Shown here: one piece after another, positions 37,443 to 47,391 of the stretch
Layout: the number at the start of each line of letters is the position of its first letter
Position numbering within the stretch: position 1 is the first letter of the stretch
Source: an uncultured Pseudomonadota bacterium
GTDB taxonomy: Bacteria; Pseudomonadota; Alphaproteobacteria; RF32; CAG-239
Assembly: GCA_949295475.1 (NCBI GenBank)
Contig: CASFLC010000131.1
Location: forward strand, 1-51,780
Length of the DNA stretch: 51,780 nt
Direction of reading: 5' to 3'
Made by a program: the position numbers and the translations under genes
Notes under the pieces: generated by a model
Databases searched by the model: none
What the model saw: only the letters and a program-made list of their open reading frames with translations
Told to the model about the DNA's origin: nothing

Positions 37443-39653
37443 CTATGTCATTCTGGTGAGTTCGTCCAGCATCTCATCCGCCGTCGTAATAATCTTGGTG
37501 GCTGCGGAATAAGCACGCTGCGTGATAATCATGTTGGAAAACTCGGTCGCCAAGTCTACCGTAGACTGCTCAAGAGAGTTCGACTCAATGGTACCGGCAC
37601 CGTTGGTGTTGGCCATTTTGAGCAGAGCCTGCCCCGAAGCATCGGTTTCAATCCAGGCATTTCCGGTTAAAGCCGTCATTCCGTTGGGATTTGTAAACGT
37701 TGCCAACGGCAGGATGGCAATCGGCCGGGTTTCGCCGTTGTCATACAGCGCAGTAACCACGCCGTCTTCACTGATGCTGACACCGGCATAGCTGCCGAAC
37801 TGAGCACCGTCCTGCTTGATGTAGTTGGTGGTAAAACTTCCCGACAGGCTGGTTAAACCGTCATTGGTACCGACATTACCCTGAATGAGGGTAATCGGCG
37901 TGCCCTGGTTGTAATCTCCGTTCATATTTTTGGCGCCGTTGGCCCACTCAATTTCCATCTCGCTGACGTAGTAGTATTGAGGCAAGCCGTTGCCGTCGAA
38001 CTTGACGCCGGGAACCATGGACCCGCTTTCCAAATCGGTGTTATTGACCGAGAACGTATTTTCCAGCGTAATGACCGTTGTCGCCGGATCGGCATCCAGA
38101 ACCGTACCGTTGCGGGAGGTGCCTTTGATGTTATCGGCAACGCCCCTGAAATCGAGAACCATATCCGGACCGGTTGCCGAAGGCGTAAACTCTATTGTGC
38201 TGCCGCTGGCGGTTACGCGTTCCGGCTCCGTCATATTCTGGCGGATGGCCGCCACCAGATTTTCAACCAATGCCGCTCCGTCAAAATCTCCGGCAGGAAT
38301 CTGAACCTGAGTGCTGTCGCCGGTGTCCGGAGAATTTTTGAAGGTGTAGGTTACACCGTCGATTTCTATCGTATCTCCGTCAGACGGATTGCTGACAAAG
38401 CTGATGTTCGCCACGTTGGTCAGCTCCGAATCGATTTCCGGAATATTAAACTTTCCGGTCGGAATCCCCGTGGATTCATCGGGATTAACCGACGCCTGAA
38501 CGCAGGCCAGCGTCTTGCTTGCATCAATCGACAAAGATCCGCCGCCGGTCGACTGCACAATGGTGATTTTGTTGGAATCTGCCGAAAAACGATTGGCTCC
38601 CGGCATAACGTCATGAATAACGTTGTTGAAAGCTTCGACAAAATCGCTCACCGAAGTAATGCCGCTGGAAATATCAACCTTGACATTTCCGGGCTGGGCA
38701 TCCTGACCCGGCTCGCTAATAAATTCAAAGTTGAATGTTTGTCCGGTTTGATTGTCCGTGATGCTGATAATTGATCCGTTTTGCGGAATGGAATTAAACT
38801 CCAGTTGGCCGGACGCATAGTAAACATCACTTTCAATATCATGGAAGTTTTCCGTATTTCCGGTCAGGACAACCGTGGCCGCCCCGCTCGGAATATTGGT
38901 CGACATCGCCCAAGTGTTGGAACTGGTCTTGGTATAGGTCAGATTCATGTTGCTGGCATTGCCGAGACTGTCATAAATCAAAGCGCTGATACTGTGTTGG
39001 CCGCCGGCAGAGGGGACACTGGGATCAAACACGGGGTCGCTTGAGGGCAGATTGGCTCCGTATTTAATCTGCTGGGTGGCCGTTGCCGAACCGCCGATGG
39101 TTGAAAGATTTATCGGACGCAGGTTGCGTGAATCGACAATGTTGTCATTGACATAAACCGTATCGCCGTTACTGTCATAATAGGCTTTCATGTAATTAAT
39201 ACCGTTGATATTGACAACAGAGGCATTGGCGTTGCCGTCCCAAGGCAGAAGAGACCAGCCCTGCAGGTAGAAACCTCCGGTATTGACCAAATAACCGTTA
39301 TCATCAATATCAAAATCGCCGGCGCGGGTATAAGCCCAGACATCGCCTTCTCCGGGATTGGCTGCCGAATTGACAACAAAATACCCGTTGCCGCTGACAG
39401 CCAGAGCCGTCGATGACGATGTGGACGCCAAAAGCCCCTGGACGTTTACCGATTGTTTGGTTACCGGTTGCACGCCGCCCGGAGAGTAAAAATTGGTTGA
39501 CGTCTGCGCGGTTACAAGCGTTGAAAAGCTGACCGCATTATTTTTATAGCCAATCGTATTGACGTTGGATATGTTATCGGAAATCGCGCCCATCGCGGTA
39601 GACTGAGCGGCCAATCCCGAAACACCCGATTGCATTGCACCAAAAAGACTCAT
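37443..39653 (-). CDS. flgE: Flagellar hook protein FlgE (long, 736 aa)
   Basis: SDNISNVNTIGYK, YTRAGDF, LEQSTVDLATEFSNMIITQRAY. Confidence 0.96.
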   Translation of the reverse strand: MSLFGAMQSGVSGLAAQSTAMGAISDNISNVNTIGYKNNAVSFSTLVTAQTSTNFYSPGGVQPVTKQSVNVQGLLASTSSSTALAVSGNGYFVVNSAANPGEGDVWAYTRAGDFDIDDNGYLVNTGGFYLQGWSLLPWDGNANASVVNINGINYMKAYYDSNGDTVYVNDNIVDSRNLRPINLSTIGGSATATQQIKYGANLPSSDPVFDPSVPSAGGQHSISALIYDSLGNASNMNLTYTKTSSNTWAMSTNIPSGAATVVLTGNTENFHDIESDVYYASGQLEFNSIPQNGSIISITDNQTGQTFNFEFISEPGQDAQPGNVKVDISSGITSVSDFVEAFNNVIHDVMPGANRFSADSNKITIVQSTGGGSLSIDASKTLACVQASVNPDESTGIPTGKFNIPEIDSELTNVANISFVSNPSDGDTIEIDGVTYTFKNSPDTGDSTQVQIPAGDFDGAALVENLVAAIRQNMTEPERVTASGSTIEFTPSATGPDMVLDFRGVADNIKGTSRNGTVLDADPATTVITLENTFSVNNTDLESGSMVPGVKFDGNGLPQYYYVSEMEIEWANGAKNMNGDYNQGTPITLIQGNVGTNDGLTSLSGSFTTNYIKQDGAQFGSYAGVSISEDGVVTALYDNGETRPIAILPLATFTNPNGMTALTGNAWIETDASGQALLKMANTNGAGTIESNSLEQSTVDLATEFSNMIITQRAYSAATKIITTADEMLDELTRMT

Positions 39654-39678
39654 TTTATTTCTCCTAAAACTTTAATAA

Positions 39679-40464
39679 TTAAGCCGTTGTTGTTTTATCT
39701 GATTCATCCTCTCCTTCGGCCGGAGGAGTGGTTGTATCTCCGTCGCTATCATTGTCACCGGACGGCGGCGTGGTATCGACTTTGTCAAAATAATCATCGT
39801 TGCGCATGGTGAGAATATCGCCAAGGTTGGCCGTTACGGCATCTCCCAAACCAATGTAAATGCCATTATCATCACTGGCTACGCCTGTCACTTTGCCAAA
39901 GACGGTGGTAATGACCGTTGCCTGCGTTTCTCCGCTGGGAACCTTGTTGGAAACTATAATTTGATAAGCCCCGTCTTCCAGCTGGTTACCGTCCTTGTCT
40001 TTTCCGTCCCAAGCAAATTCATGCGTTCCGGCCGTGGTTTCCCCGGAAGCCGTATAGACGACCTCGCCATTCATATCCTTAATGGTGATGGTGGAAGACA
40101 GAACATCTTTGTCAAAAGTGTAGGTTGCCTTGGCTTTGCCTCCTTCAAGGGGCATAACATCGCCCAAGACCTGAGCTGTTTTGCCGATGTAGGAGATTGC
40201 CTGAGCTCCGAGATTTGAAATGTTCAATGACAGCAGAGTATCCAATTTTTCATTGGTCTGGATGGCCTGTTCAACGCTGGAATACTGAACCAGCTGGTTC
40301 GTGAATTCGGCCGTATCCATCGGATCCATCGGATCCTGATACTTCAGTTGCGTCGTTAACAAGGTTAAAAAAGTATTCATGTCGGCCGACAAGGTCTGCC
40401 GGCTGCTGTTGGTTTCAGCCGTACCGCTCTGGACGGTACCGGTTATGGAACTGATATCTACCAT
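39679..40464 (-). CDS. flgD: Flagellar hook capping protein FlgD
   Basis: FLTLLTTQLKYQDPMDPMD, FAWDGKD. Confidence 0.96.
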   Translation of the reverse strand: MVDISSITGTVQSGTAETNSSRQTLSADMNTFLTLLTTQLKYQDPMDPMDTAEFTNQLVQYSSVEQAIQTNEKLDTLLSLNISNLGAQAISYIGKTAQVLGDVMPLEGGKAKATYTFDKDVLSSTITIKDMNGEVVYTASGETTAGTHEFAWDGKDKDGNQLEDGAYQIIVSNKVPSGETQATVITTVFGKVTGVASDDNGIYIGLGDAVTANLGDILTMRNDDYFDKVDTTPPSGDNDSDGDTTTPPAEGEDESDKTTTA

Positions 40465-40480
40465 CGCTTTTCTCCCCTAA

Positions 40481-42187
40481 TTAAACCCGGATATTCAATC
40501 CGCGGGCCGGCGACCAATTCTGCAAATTGTCATTGCCGGCAATTTCGGTTTCCGTTTCATTCTCAAAAACATTTCCGATAAAGTGGCGCAGTTCTTCATT
40601 CTGATTGCGTCCGGCCTGATTGTCTTCACGGAAACTGAAGCTCAGGCTGCCCTCATCGGTTTGGAAACCGGCTTCGTTAAAGGCTTTTTCCAGATTCTGG
40701 ATTTCTTTCTGGAGTACTTCCATCGTTTCAGGACGGCTGGAAATAATGTGGGCCTGTAATTTACCGTCCTTGGCTATCTGCATTTTTACTTCGATATGGC
40801 CCAAATCTTCCGGCTTGAGGCTGATGTCAATTTTATCAACGCCTTTGACAGCCGATTTGGTTATATTGACTTTGACCTGATCAATAATTTCTTTGCTCAT
40901 TCCTTTATAAATGTCACGAAACGAGGCGTCGGACGTTTTTTCGGCAACCGCAGTTTTGAGGGCTCCGGCATTGCCTGCCGCCGCATGATTAACGGCCGAG
41001 CTGCCGATTTCGGATACTGAAGATACGCTGCCGGAAACAACTGCCGCGTCATCTGCCGCAGCAGCTGCCGCCGAAATGTTAAACGCGGCCGCGGCAGGCG
41101 TCATTTGTCCGGCGCCTCCGGCACTTCCCTGCTGCGGTGCCGCAACTGCCGGCTGAGCAGAACTGCTTTGAGCGACCAGCGGAACCGACGCGTCGCCACC
41201 ATCTTCGGCAATAACTGCTTTTACAGCTTTATCCAAAGAAATTTTATCTCCGACCAAATCCGTCTGGCTGCGGTAGGAAAAAATTTCCCCCTTGACGGAT
41301 ACATCCACTTTGAGCTTGCGGCCCTCTCCGGCCTTTTCATCCAAAACAGCCGCCTGAGACGCCAGGTTTTCATTGTCATACGCGATATTTTCAAGCGCTG
41401 ACCGGCCGGCCGTATTCTTTTCCGCTTTGACTGCCGTTTCTTCGACCACTTCCGCCGGAAGGAATTCCACAAACGCCCCGTCGTTTTCACCGGGCACATA
41501 CAACAGTCCTTCTGAAGAAGCCTTTTGAACCTTCTCAAGCAGTTCGGCTCCGCTCATGGTTTTGATTTCACCGGTTGCCGCATCCAAAACCCTGACACTC
41601 TCCATGGAAGCCAGCGCATTTAAATCAACATCATCAGACAACACTGTTACCGCTCCGTCATTTATAACTGCAGCAACCGTCTTATCCGCAGGACTTAACA
41701 TGGCAACATCCAGTTTTTTGACGACAGCCTCTCCCTCGACCGGGCGAAGCTCCAGAACGTGAGAAACGCCTCCCTCTGCGGCCGCGGATTCCACCACAGA
41801 CGCATCCGCCGACGGTGCTGTTTTTTCGTTTGCAACAGGGCGGACATTTTCATCCTGGCGCGTTTGCCGTTCCGGCTGCTCAGCCGCCGCGACATCCGGA
41901 CGCTCCGCTGTTTTGACCTTTTTCTCTTTTTGCGCTCGGGAAATTTTATTGTCAGCGGCTGTCGGCGTTTCTTTATCTTTATCCGGCGCTTCAGGCTTTT
42001 CGTATTTTTCAGCCGTTTTTACCGCGACATCCTGACTTTGCGAAGCCGACGGCATTAAATCCAAAGCCGACGACGTCTGACCAAGAAGACTGGCAAAGCC
42101 GGCTCCCAACGCCTCGACGGAAGGGTTGGAGGCTATTTTATTCAGAAACATCTGAACTGCCGAGTTGTTGACTTCTTTTACTTCCAT
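40481..42187 (-). CDS. fliK: Flagellar hook-length control protein FliK
   Basis: Low-complexity N/central region, C-terminal ISLKPEDLGHIEV domain; fliK-flgD-flgE order. Confidence 0.9.
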   Translation of the reverse strand: MEVKEVNNSAVQMFLNKIASNPSVEALGAGFASLLGQTSSALDLMPSASQSQDVAVKTAEKYEKPEAPDKDKETPTAADNKISRAQKEKKVKTAERPDVAAAEQPERQTRQDENVRPVANEKTAPSADASVVESAAAEGGVSHVLELRPVEGEAVVKKLDVAMLSPADKTVAAVINDGAVTVLSDDVDLNALASMESVRVLDAATGEIKTMSGAELLEKVQKASSEGLLYVPGENDGAFVEFLPAEVVEETAVKAEKNTAGRSALENIAYDNENLASQAAVLDEKAGEGRKLKVDVSVKGEIFSYRSQTDLVGDKISLDKAVKAVIAEDGGDASVPLVAQSSSAQPAVAAPQQGSAGGAGQMTPAAAAFNISAAAAAADDAAVVSGSVSSVSEIGSSAVNHAAAGNAGALKTAVAEKTSDASFRDIYKGMSKEIIDQVKVNITKSAVKGVDKIDISLKPEDLGHIEVKMQIAKDGKLQAHIISSRPETMEVLQKEIQNLEKAFNEAGFQTDEGSLSFSFREDNQAGRNQNEELRHFIGNVFENETETEIAGNDNLQNWSPARGLNIRV

Positions 42188-42227
42188 AGCAAAAACCTTT
42201 TACAAAAAATTTCACCTGGTTTTATCA

Positions 42228-42244
42228 ATGCAAATAGCATGCCA
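42228..42244 (-). promoter_or_regulatory. Sigma54 (-24/-12) promoter of the fliK-flgD-flgE operon
   Basis: Minus strand TGGCATGCTATTTGCAT: GG-N10-GC spacing, 40 nt upstream of fliK; FlbD is encoded nearby. Confidence 0.85.
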
Positions 42245-42512
42245 TTTTTCACTATTCTTTTTTCAATGCAGCGCATGCTTTGACAACGAGCTTTTGTCCC
42301 CTATTTTATTTTTTGGTTGTATTTTTGTTTTTTTACAAGCCCATATTCCGCACGTTTGCCGTTTTTATAAAAAATCGTTAAAAATATTACTTTTTTGTGT
42401 AAAAATCAGTGTTTTTTGATAAAAAACGATTATTTTTATTGTGTTTTTGAAAAAAAACGGTTATCAATTGAGGCAGAATGTTGTTGTAACTAATGAAAGA
42501 GAGAATAATCTT

Positions 42513-43010
42513 ATGTCAAATCCCATTGATACGAAAATTATCAGCAAGTTGGCTGAAATTTTGGATAAAAGCAATCTCTGCGAGCTTGAATATGAAGATG
42601 AAGGCTGCCGTATCAGCCTAAGCAAGGGACCGCGCGGCGGCGCGACGGTTTTGCCGATGCCTCCCGCTCCTGCGGTTCCGGCCGCCCCGATACCGGCCCC
42701 CATGCCGGTTCCGGCTGCTCCCGCTGCACCCGCCGCCGCTCCGGCCGCTTCTGCCGACGAAGATTATTCAAAGAGTCCCAATGCCGTTAAATCGCCGATG
42801 GTGGGCGTGGTTTATCTGTCCGCTGACCCGAATTCTCCGAATTACGTCAAGCCGGGCGACAGCGTTAAAGAAGGCGATATTGTCTGCCTGATTGAAGCAA
42901 TGAAGACTTTTAATCCGGTTAAGGCTCACAAATCCGGTACCGTCACCAAAATTCTGGTGGAAGGCGGCGATCCGGTCGAATACGGCGAACCTTTGGTTAT
43001 TATTGAGTAG
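42513..43010 (+). CDS. accB: Biotin carboxyl carrier protein of acetyl-CoA carboxylase
   Basis: Ala/Pro linker, SPMVG, EAMK biotinylation motif; start MSNP at 42513. Confidence 0.96.
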   Translation: MSNPIDTKIISKLAEILDKSNLCELEYEDEGCRISLSKGPRGGATVLPMPPAPAVPAAPIPAPMPVPAAPAAPAAAPAASADEDYSKSPNAVKSPMVGVVYLSADPNSPNYVKPGDSVKEGDIVCLIEAMKTFNPVKAHKSGTVTKILVEGGDPVEYGEPLVIIE

Positions 43011-43036
43011 CGGCAACTTTAATTTAGGATTACGTC

Positions 43037-44386
43037 ATGTTTGAAAAAGTCTTAATTGCCAATCGCGGCGAAGTGGCGCTCCGTATTCACAGAGCCTGTC
43101 GCGAAATGGGCATCAAAACCGTGGCGGTTCATTCCGAGGCCGACGCCAATGCCATGCATGTCCGGCTGGCAGACGAAGCCGTCTGTATCGGTCCGGCCCG
43201 CTCCAGCGACTCTTACCTTAACAAATCGGCGATTATTTCGGCGGCTTTAATTACCGGCGCCGATGCCATCCATCCCGGGTTCGGCTTTTTGTCGGAGAAT
43301 GCCGACTTTGCCGAAATGGTCGAAGAACACGGCATTACTTTTATCGGCCCGACCCCGGAGCAAATGCGCCTGATGGGCGATAAAATCACCGCCCGCAAGG
43401 CCGCAGAGGAAGCCGGGCTGCCGATTACCCCCGGTTCTCCCGCGCTGGAAAGCGTTGAGCACGCCATCGAATGGGCCAATAAAATCGGTTATCCGGTTAT
43501 TGTCAAGGCCAAGGACGGCGGCGGCGGCAAGGGAATGAAAACCGCCTTTAACGACGACGAAATGAAGGAAGCCTTTACAATGGCTAAAGCCGAAGCCAAA
43601 GCGGCTTTTCCGAGCGATGTCGTCTATATGGAAAAATATCTGCAAAAACCGCGGCATATTGAAATGCAGGTGCTGGCGGACAAATACGGACATGTCGTTC
43701 ATCTCGGCGAACGCGACTGCTCGATTCAACGCAACAACCAAAAAGTTATTGAAGAGACCCCCTCTCCGGCGCTGAATATGCAGCAACGTCAGGAAATCGG
43801 TGAAATCGTTCGCAAAGCGATTGAAAAAATCGGTTATACCAATGCCGGAACACTGGAGTTTTTGTTTGAGGACGGGCGTTTCTATTTTATGGAAATGAAT
43901 ACCCGTTTGCAGGTTGAACATCCGATTACCGAAGCGGTTACGGGCATTGACATTGTGCGCGAACAGATTCGCATTGCCAGTGGCGCTGCTTTGGGATATA
44001 CGCAGGACGATATCAGCTTTAACGGCCATGCCATTGAGTGCCGCATTAACGCCGAAGATCCGGAAACATTTGCGCCCTGTCCCGGTAAAATTACCGAGTG
44101 GCATGCTCCGGGTGGTCTGGGCGTTCGCGTTGATTCGGAAATTTATTCCGGTTACAGCATCCCGCCGTTTTATGACAGCATGATTGCCAAACTGATTGTC
44201 AGCGGGAAAACCCGCAACGCAGCTTTGATGAGACTGCGCCGGGCACTGGAAGAATTTGTTATTGAAGGTGTCAAAACAACAATCCCGCTGCAGCAGGATA
44301 TTATATCTCAGGCGGAATTTATTGACGGACAGTATAACATTCACTGGCTTGAAAAATTTATGGAACGCCGTAAGGCAAGCAAATAA
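43037..44386 (+). CDS. accC: Biotin carboxylase
   Basis: ANRGEVA, HPGFGFLSEN, GGGGKGM, EMNTRLQVEH. Confidence 0.98.
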   Translation: MFEKVLIANRGEVALRIHRACREMGIKTVAVHSEADANAMHVRLADEAVCIGPARSSDSYLNKSAIISAALITGADAIHPGFGFLSENADFAEMVEEHGITFIGPTPEQMRLMGDKITARKAAEEAGLPITPGSPALESVEHAIEWANKIGYPVIVKAKDGGGGKGMKTAFNDDEMKEAFTMAKAEAKAAFPSDVVYMEKYLQKPRHIEMQVLADKYGHVVHLGERDCSIQRNNQKVIEETPSPALNMQQRQEIGEIVRKAIEKIGYTNAGTLEFLFEDGRFYFMEMNTRLQVEHPITEAVTGIDIVREQIRIASGAALGYTQDDISFNGHAIECRINAEDPETFAPCPGKITEWHAPGGLGVRVDSEIYSGYSIPPFYDSMIAKLIVSGKTRNAALMRLRRALEEFVIEGVKTTIPLQQDIISQAEFIDGQYNIHWLEKFMERRKASK

Positions 44387-44387
44387 T

Positions 44388-44417
44388 AAAAAAACGCCGT
44401 TTTTAACGGCGTTTTTT
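44388..44417. terminator. Bidirectional terminator
   Basis: AAAAAACGCCGTT/AACGGCGTTTTTT. Confidence 0.8.
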
Positions 44418-44422
44418 ATATC

Positions 44423-46510
44423 TTAGTGCGTCATCATCTGACTTTGATGAACGGCCTGAGCAATCCGGCTTAATGTCGGCTGAGGCTGCTGACGGCTTCC
44501 GGCCAGAGGTTTGGGGCGTTCGGGATCGTAAACGGGTTTTCCTCTGTCGTCCGTAACCGGACGGCCGTTGTCATCAACTTTGGGTTCAAAATATTTATCC
44601 TGACGATAGGTTCCCAGATTATACGGAAACTTGTCATACGGCTTGAAATCGCCATAATCGGTTTGAATGTTAGTGATTGCAAAGTCAATTTGCGCCCTGG
44701 CGCCTTCCCGGACGTTGCGCAGCGCATCAGCCTCGCGCATTCCGTTGGCAATATTTTCCTGAATTTCCTTGGCTATTTTCTTTTGAACCTCGGGATCATT
44801 GGCTCTTTGATCAAAAAACCTGATCAGTTCCTCCGGCTGATCCGGCAAGAAAGCAGACAGATCCGGCGTTTGATTCTTATGATAATGCTGCAGCATTTCG
44901 CCGTAAGCATAAGCCGCAGCCATGTGCTGAACAGCATCCCATTTTTCGCCATCCGGTTTTTCGCGACCGCTTTCATCCAGATTTTTGGATTGCTGAAAGA
45001 TATGCTGTTTAAATAAACCGTTGGTGAAATCCTGTAATTTTGTATATTTCAAATCGCCTTCCAGTTTGGTGATGATATCGCCGATTTTGGAGTTGCGCGC
45101 CGGAGTATGGCCGTTTTGCGCAACCCAGGCATCCAGTTCTTCGTAAGAAGGTTTGGTTTTGGTATTGTGCGCTTTCATGTAAGCGGCCATGTCTTCCTGA
45201 TCGTGCAGCTGCTCTATCAAATCCGCCTTCCATTGGTCAAGTTTTTTTCGGTCTTGTTTGTCTTCGTCTTTAACGGTTTTGAGCATATCGTTGATATTAT
45301 CGGCACTGAATTCGATTTTCGGCGGATTAACAATCGGCACCATCAGCGTTTTGCCGCAGGCTGCCCATATAGCCCCCATCCCGGCGCCGCTGTATACCGT
45401 CGCACCGCCGTCCGGCAGATGAAAGTGTGTGCAACCCTGCGATTTTAATGCGGCCAGCATGCATTGGGCATGTTTGGCTTCCATCGGTTTGCCCGCCGGC
45501 ATGTACGGCCGGACAACGGGAACACCGTCAATAATGTTGAATTTGACGGCAAAAGCTTTTTTGCGTTGAACGTCTCCGCCCTTGGTCTCGCTGTCGTGTT
45601 TGAGGTCAATCTCGTTATTATACGCGCAAATAACCATGCTGCCGTCCGCACAACGGCGGGTCGTTATCAGCGACGAAGTAAAATTCATGATATTCATGCG
45701 GGCTTTAATGGCCTCTTTGGCTTCTTTATAACTGAGTTTCAGCTGCGGCTGATCTCCGCCCCGCGAATTTCCTCCGGCTCCGAAACTATTGTTTTCCGCG
45801 GCGGGAACATTCGGCGTTTCATTTCTGCCGTCCGCAGAAACCAGCTCCGATCCGGCATTGGCATATTCTCGGGAAACGCCGCTCAATTCCCGTGAAAAAA
45901 TCGTTGAAAATTTTTCTTTTTCTCCGGTTGCGGGATTATAAACATCCACTTCGCTGATTTTTTCGGGCAGAACAAAATCCTCCAGCCCCTGCGCGCCTAT
46001 GCCGTGCATATAAAAGAAACGCGACAATTCTTTCACCTGAGCCGCCGTAAACTGCTGATCTCTGGCAAAAACAATCGAGCGGCCGTTGTTTTCGACGGTA
46101 AAATTCAGTCCTGTCCCGCCAAGGTTTTTCATAATCAGCCGGAATCTTCCGTCTTTGCCTTCTTCTATGCTGCTGAGGTTGGCGGTCGCTGTTTGAGGAT
46201 AAGCGCCGCTTTGTCTGCTCTCTTCGTCAAACGCGGCCAAAAACAAAATATCTTTACGCCGATCCGCATCCGCCTGATTATATAAGGTTTCGACCCTATC
46301 TCCGTTGTGTTTTTCCAGCAGCCAGGCTTCGTCGTAATTTTCCGCATAAACGCCGGCGATGGCTTCCGGCTTTTTAAACCCCAGGCTAAACAAATCATTT
46401 ACGGAAGACGGTCTTTGATTTAGCGTCCGGGCGGTATCCGCCTCATTGGCGGCAATTTCTTCCAGAATTTCAGGAGATACATCTTCTGCGACAGCGTTAT
46501 TCTCGGCCAT
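44423..46510 (-). CDS. Hypothetical protein (695 aa, no recognised domain)
   Basis: Long ORF with GAGGGG RBS and host-like codon use; hydrophilic; Gln/Pro-rich C-terminal tail. Confidence 0.8.
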   Translation of the reverse strand: MAENNAVAEDVSPEILEEIAANEADTARTLNQRPSSVNDLFSLGFKKPEAIAGVYAENYDEAWLLEKHNGDRVETLYNQADADRRKDILFLAAFDEESRQSGAYPQTATANLSSIEEGKDGRFRLIMKNLGGTGLNFTVENNGRSIVFARDQQFTAAQVKELSRFFYMHGIGAQGLEDFVLPEKISEVDVYNPATGEKEKFSTIFSRELSGVSREYANAGSELVSADGRNETPNVPAAENNSFGAGGNSRGGDQPQLKLSYKEAKEAIKARMNIMNFTSSLITTRRCADGSMVICAYNNEIDLKHDSETKGGDVQRKKAFAVKFNIIDGVPVVRPYMPAGKPMEAKHAQCMLAALKSQGCTHFHLPDGGATVYSGAGMGAIWAACGKTLMVPIVNPPKIEFSADNINDMLKTVKDEDKQDRKKLDQWKADLIEQLHDQEDMAAYMKAHNTKTKPSYEELDAWVAQNGHTPARNSKIGDIITKLEGDLKYTKLQDFTNGLFKQHIFQQSKNLDESGREKPDGEKWDAVQHMAAAYAYGEMLQHYHKNQTPDLSAFLPDQPEELIRFFDQRANDPEVQKKIAKEIQENIANGMREADALRNVREGARAQIDFAITNIQTDYGDFKPYDKFPYNLGTYRQDKYFEPKVDDNGRPVTDDRGKPVYDPERPKPLAGSRQQPQPTLSRIAQAVHQSQMMTH

Positions 46511-46623
46511 TGTTTACAACCCCCTCTGTTGTTTTATTTTCTTTTATCATATCACAAATCAAAAAAAAAGCAACTTTTTTGACAAAAAAAGCTGCTTTAC
46601 ATTTTTGTTACATAAAATTTTGA

Positions 46624-47070
46624 CTAATCGCCTGCACTGCGTGATTTTTCCTGAAGATACGGCAATTCGCTCCGATGAAACGGACTCACTCTTCCTCGGC
46701 CATAGGTTTTGACATCTTTGCCGACGGCATACAACAGGCCGTTCCTGCCGCTTAACAACGTGAATTTACCTGATTTTCCGTCTGCTTCACCGCTGATGCA
46801 ATAAGCCTTGCCGTTCAGGTATTCTTCTACCTTTTGCAGGCGAAACCTGTCGTTCAACCTCACAATAGTGCGGGTTCCGTCGGTTCTTTCGTCCAGAAGG
46901 CGGCTGCCGGCCTCCTGATTTTCCAGGGGAATTTCCGACTGCCACCAAATGCCCGGCGCTATCTGCATGTTAATACAGCCGTCATGATCATATTCCGCCT
47001 TTATAAAGGTTGTTCCGGTCGGTTTGACCGTCTTCTCTTTTTTTTGAGAAGTTTTTGTCTTATTCGACAT
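46624..47070 (-). CDS. Hypothetical protein (148 aa)
   Basis: ORF with AAGGA RBS; no recognised motif. Confidence 0.55.
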   Translation of the reverse strand: MSNKTKTSQKKEKTVKPTGTTFIKAEYDHDGCINMQIAPGIWWQSEIPLENQEAGSRLLDERTDGTRTIVRLNDRFRLQKVEEYLNGKAYCISGEADGKSGKFTLLSGRNGLLYAVGKDVKTYGRGRVSPFHRSELPYLQEKSRSAGD

Positions 47071-47162
47071 TGTATTTTTCCTTAGATTGATTCAACAATG
47101 CGTGCATTATTAGACATAAATTATCATTTTGCAACAAAAAAAATCAGAGAATTTAGACAAAC

Positions 47163-47197
47163 AAAAAAGGGATGGAAAAAAATACCTTTTCCATCCC
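47163..47197 (-). terminator. Rho-independent terminator (minus strand)
   Basis: GGGATGGAAAA/TTTTCCATCCC stem followed by T6 on the minus strand. Confidence 0.75.
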
Positions 47198-47391
47198 CCG
47201 AACCTTCCTCAACAATAAGCCGACATATGAAAATAAAACCTCGTTTTACCTCCTCTTGCCGCCACCGCGTCGTAAGGCTCTGATGTACACGCTGCCGGCA
47301 AGAAAACAATTTTTCACATACCGCCATCATGAACGCTTATAATATAATGGTGTTATTTTGCTTATCAAGCCGACATAGCCTAATTATCTGG

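Noticed and set aside
13866..44344. Long antisense ORFs such as 13866..15191, 19022..20095, 30008..31669, 43247..44344
   Set aside because: Shadow frames opposite well-conserved genes; no motifs of their own.
47275..47310. Hammerhead ribozyme core (CTGATG...GAAA)
   Set aside because: The sequence is CTGATGT, not CTGATGA, and I could not build the three-stem junction.
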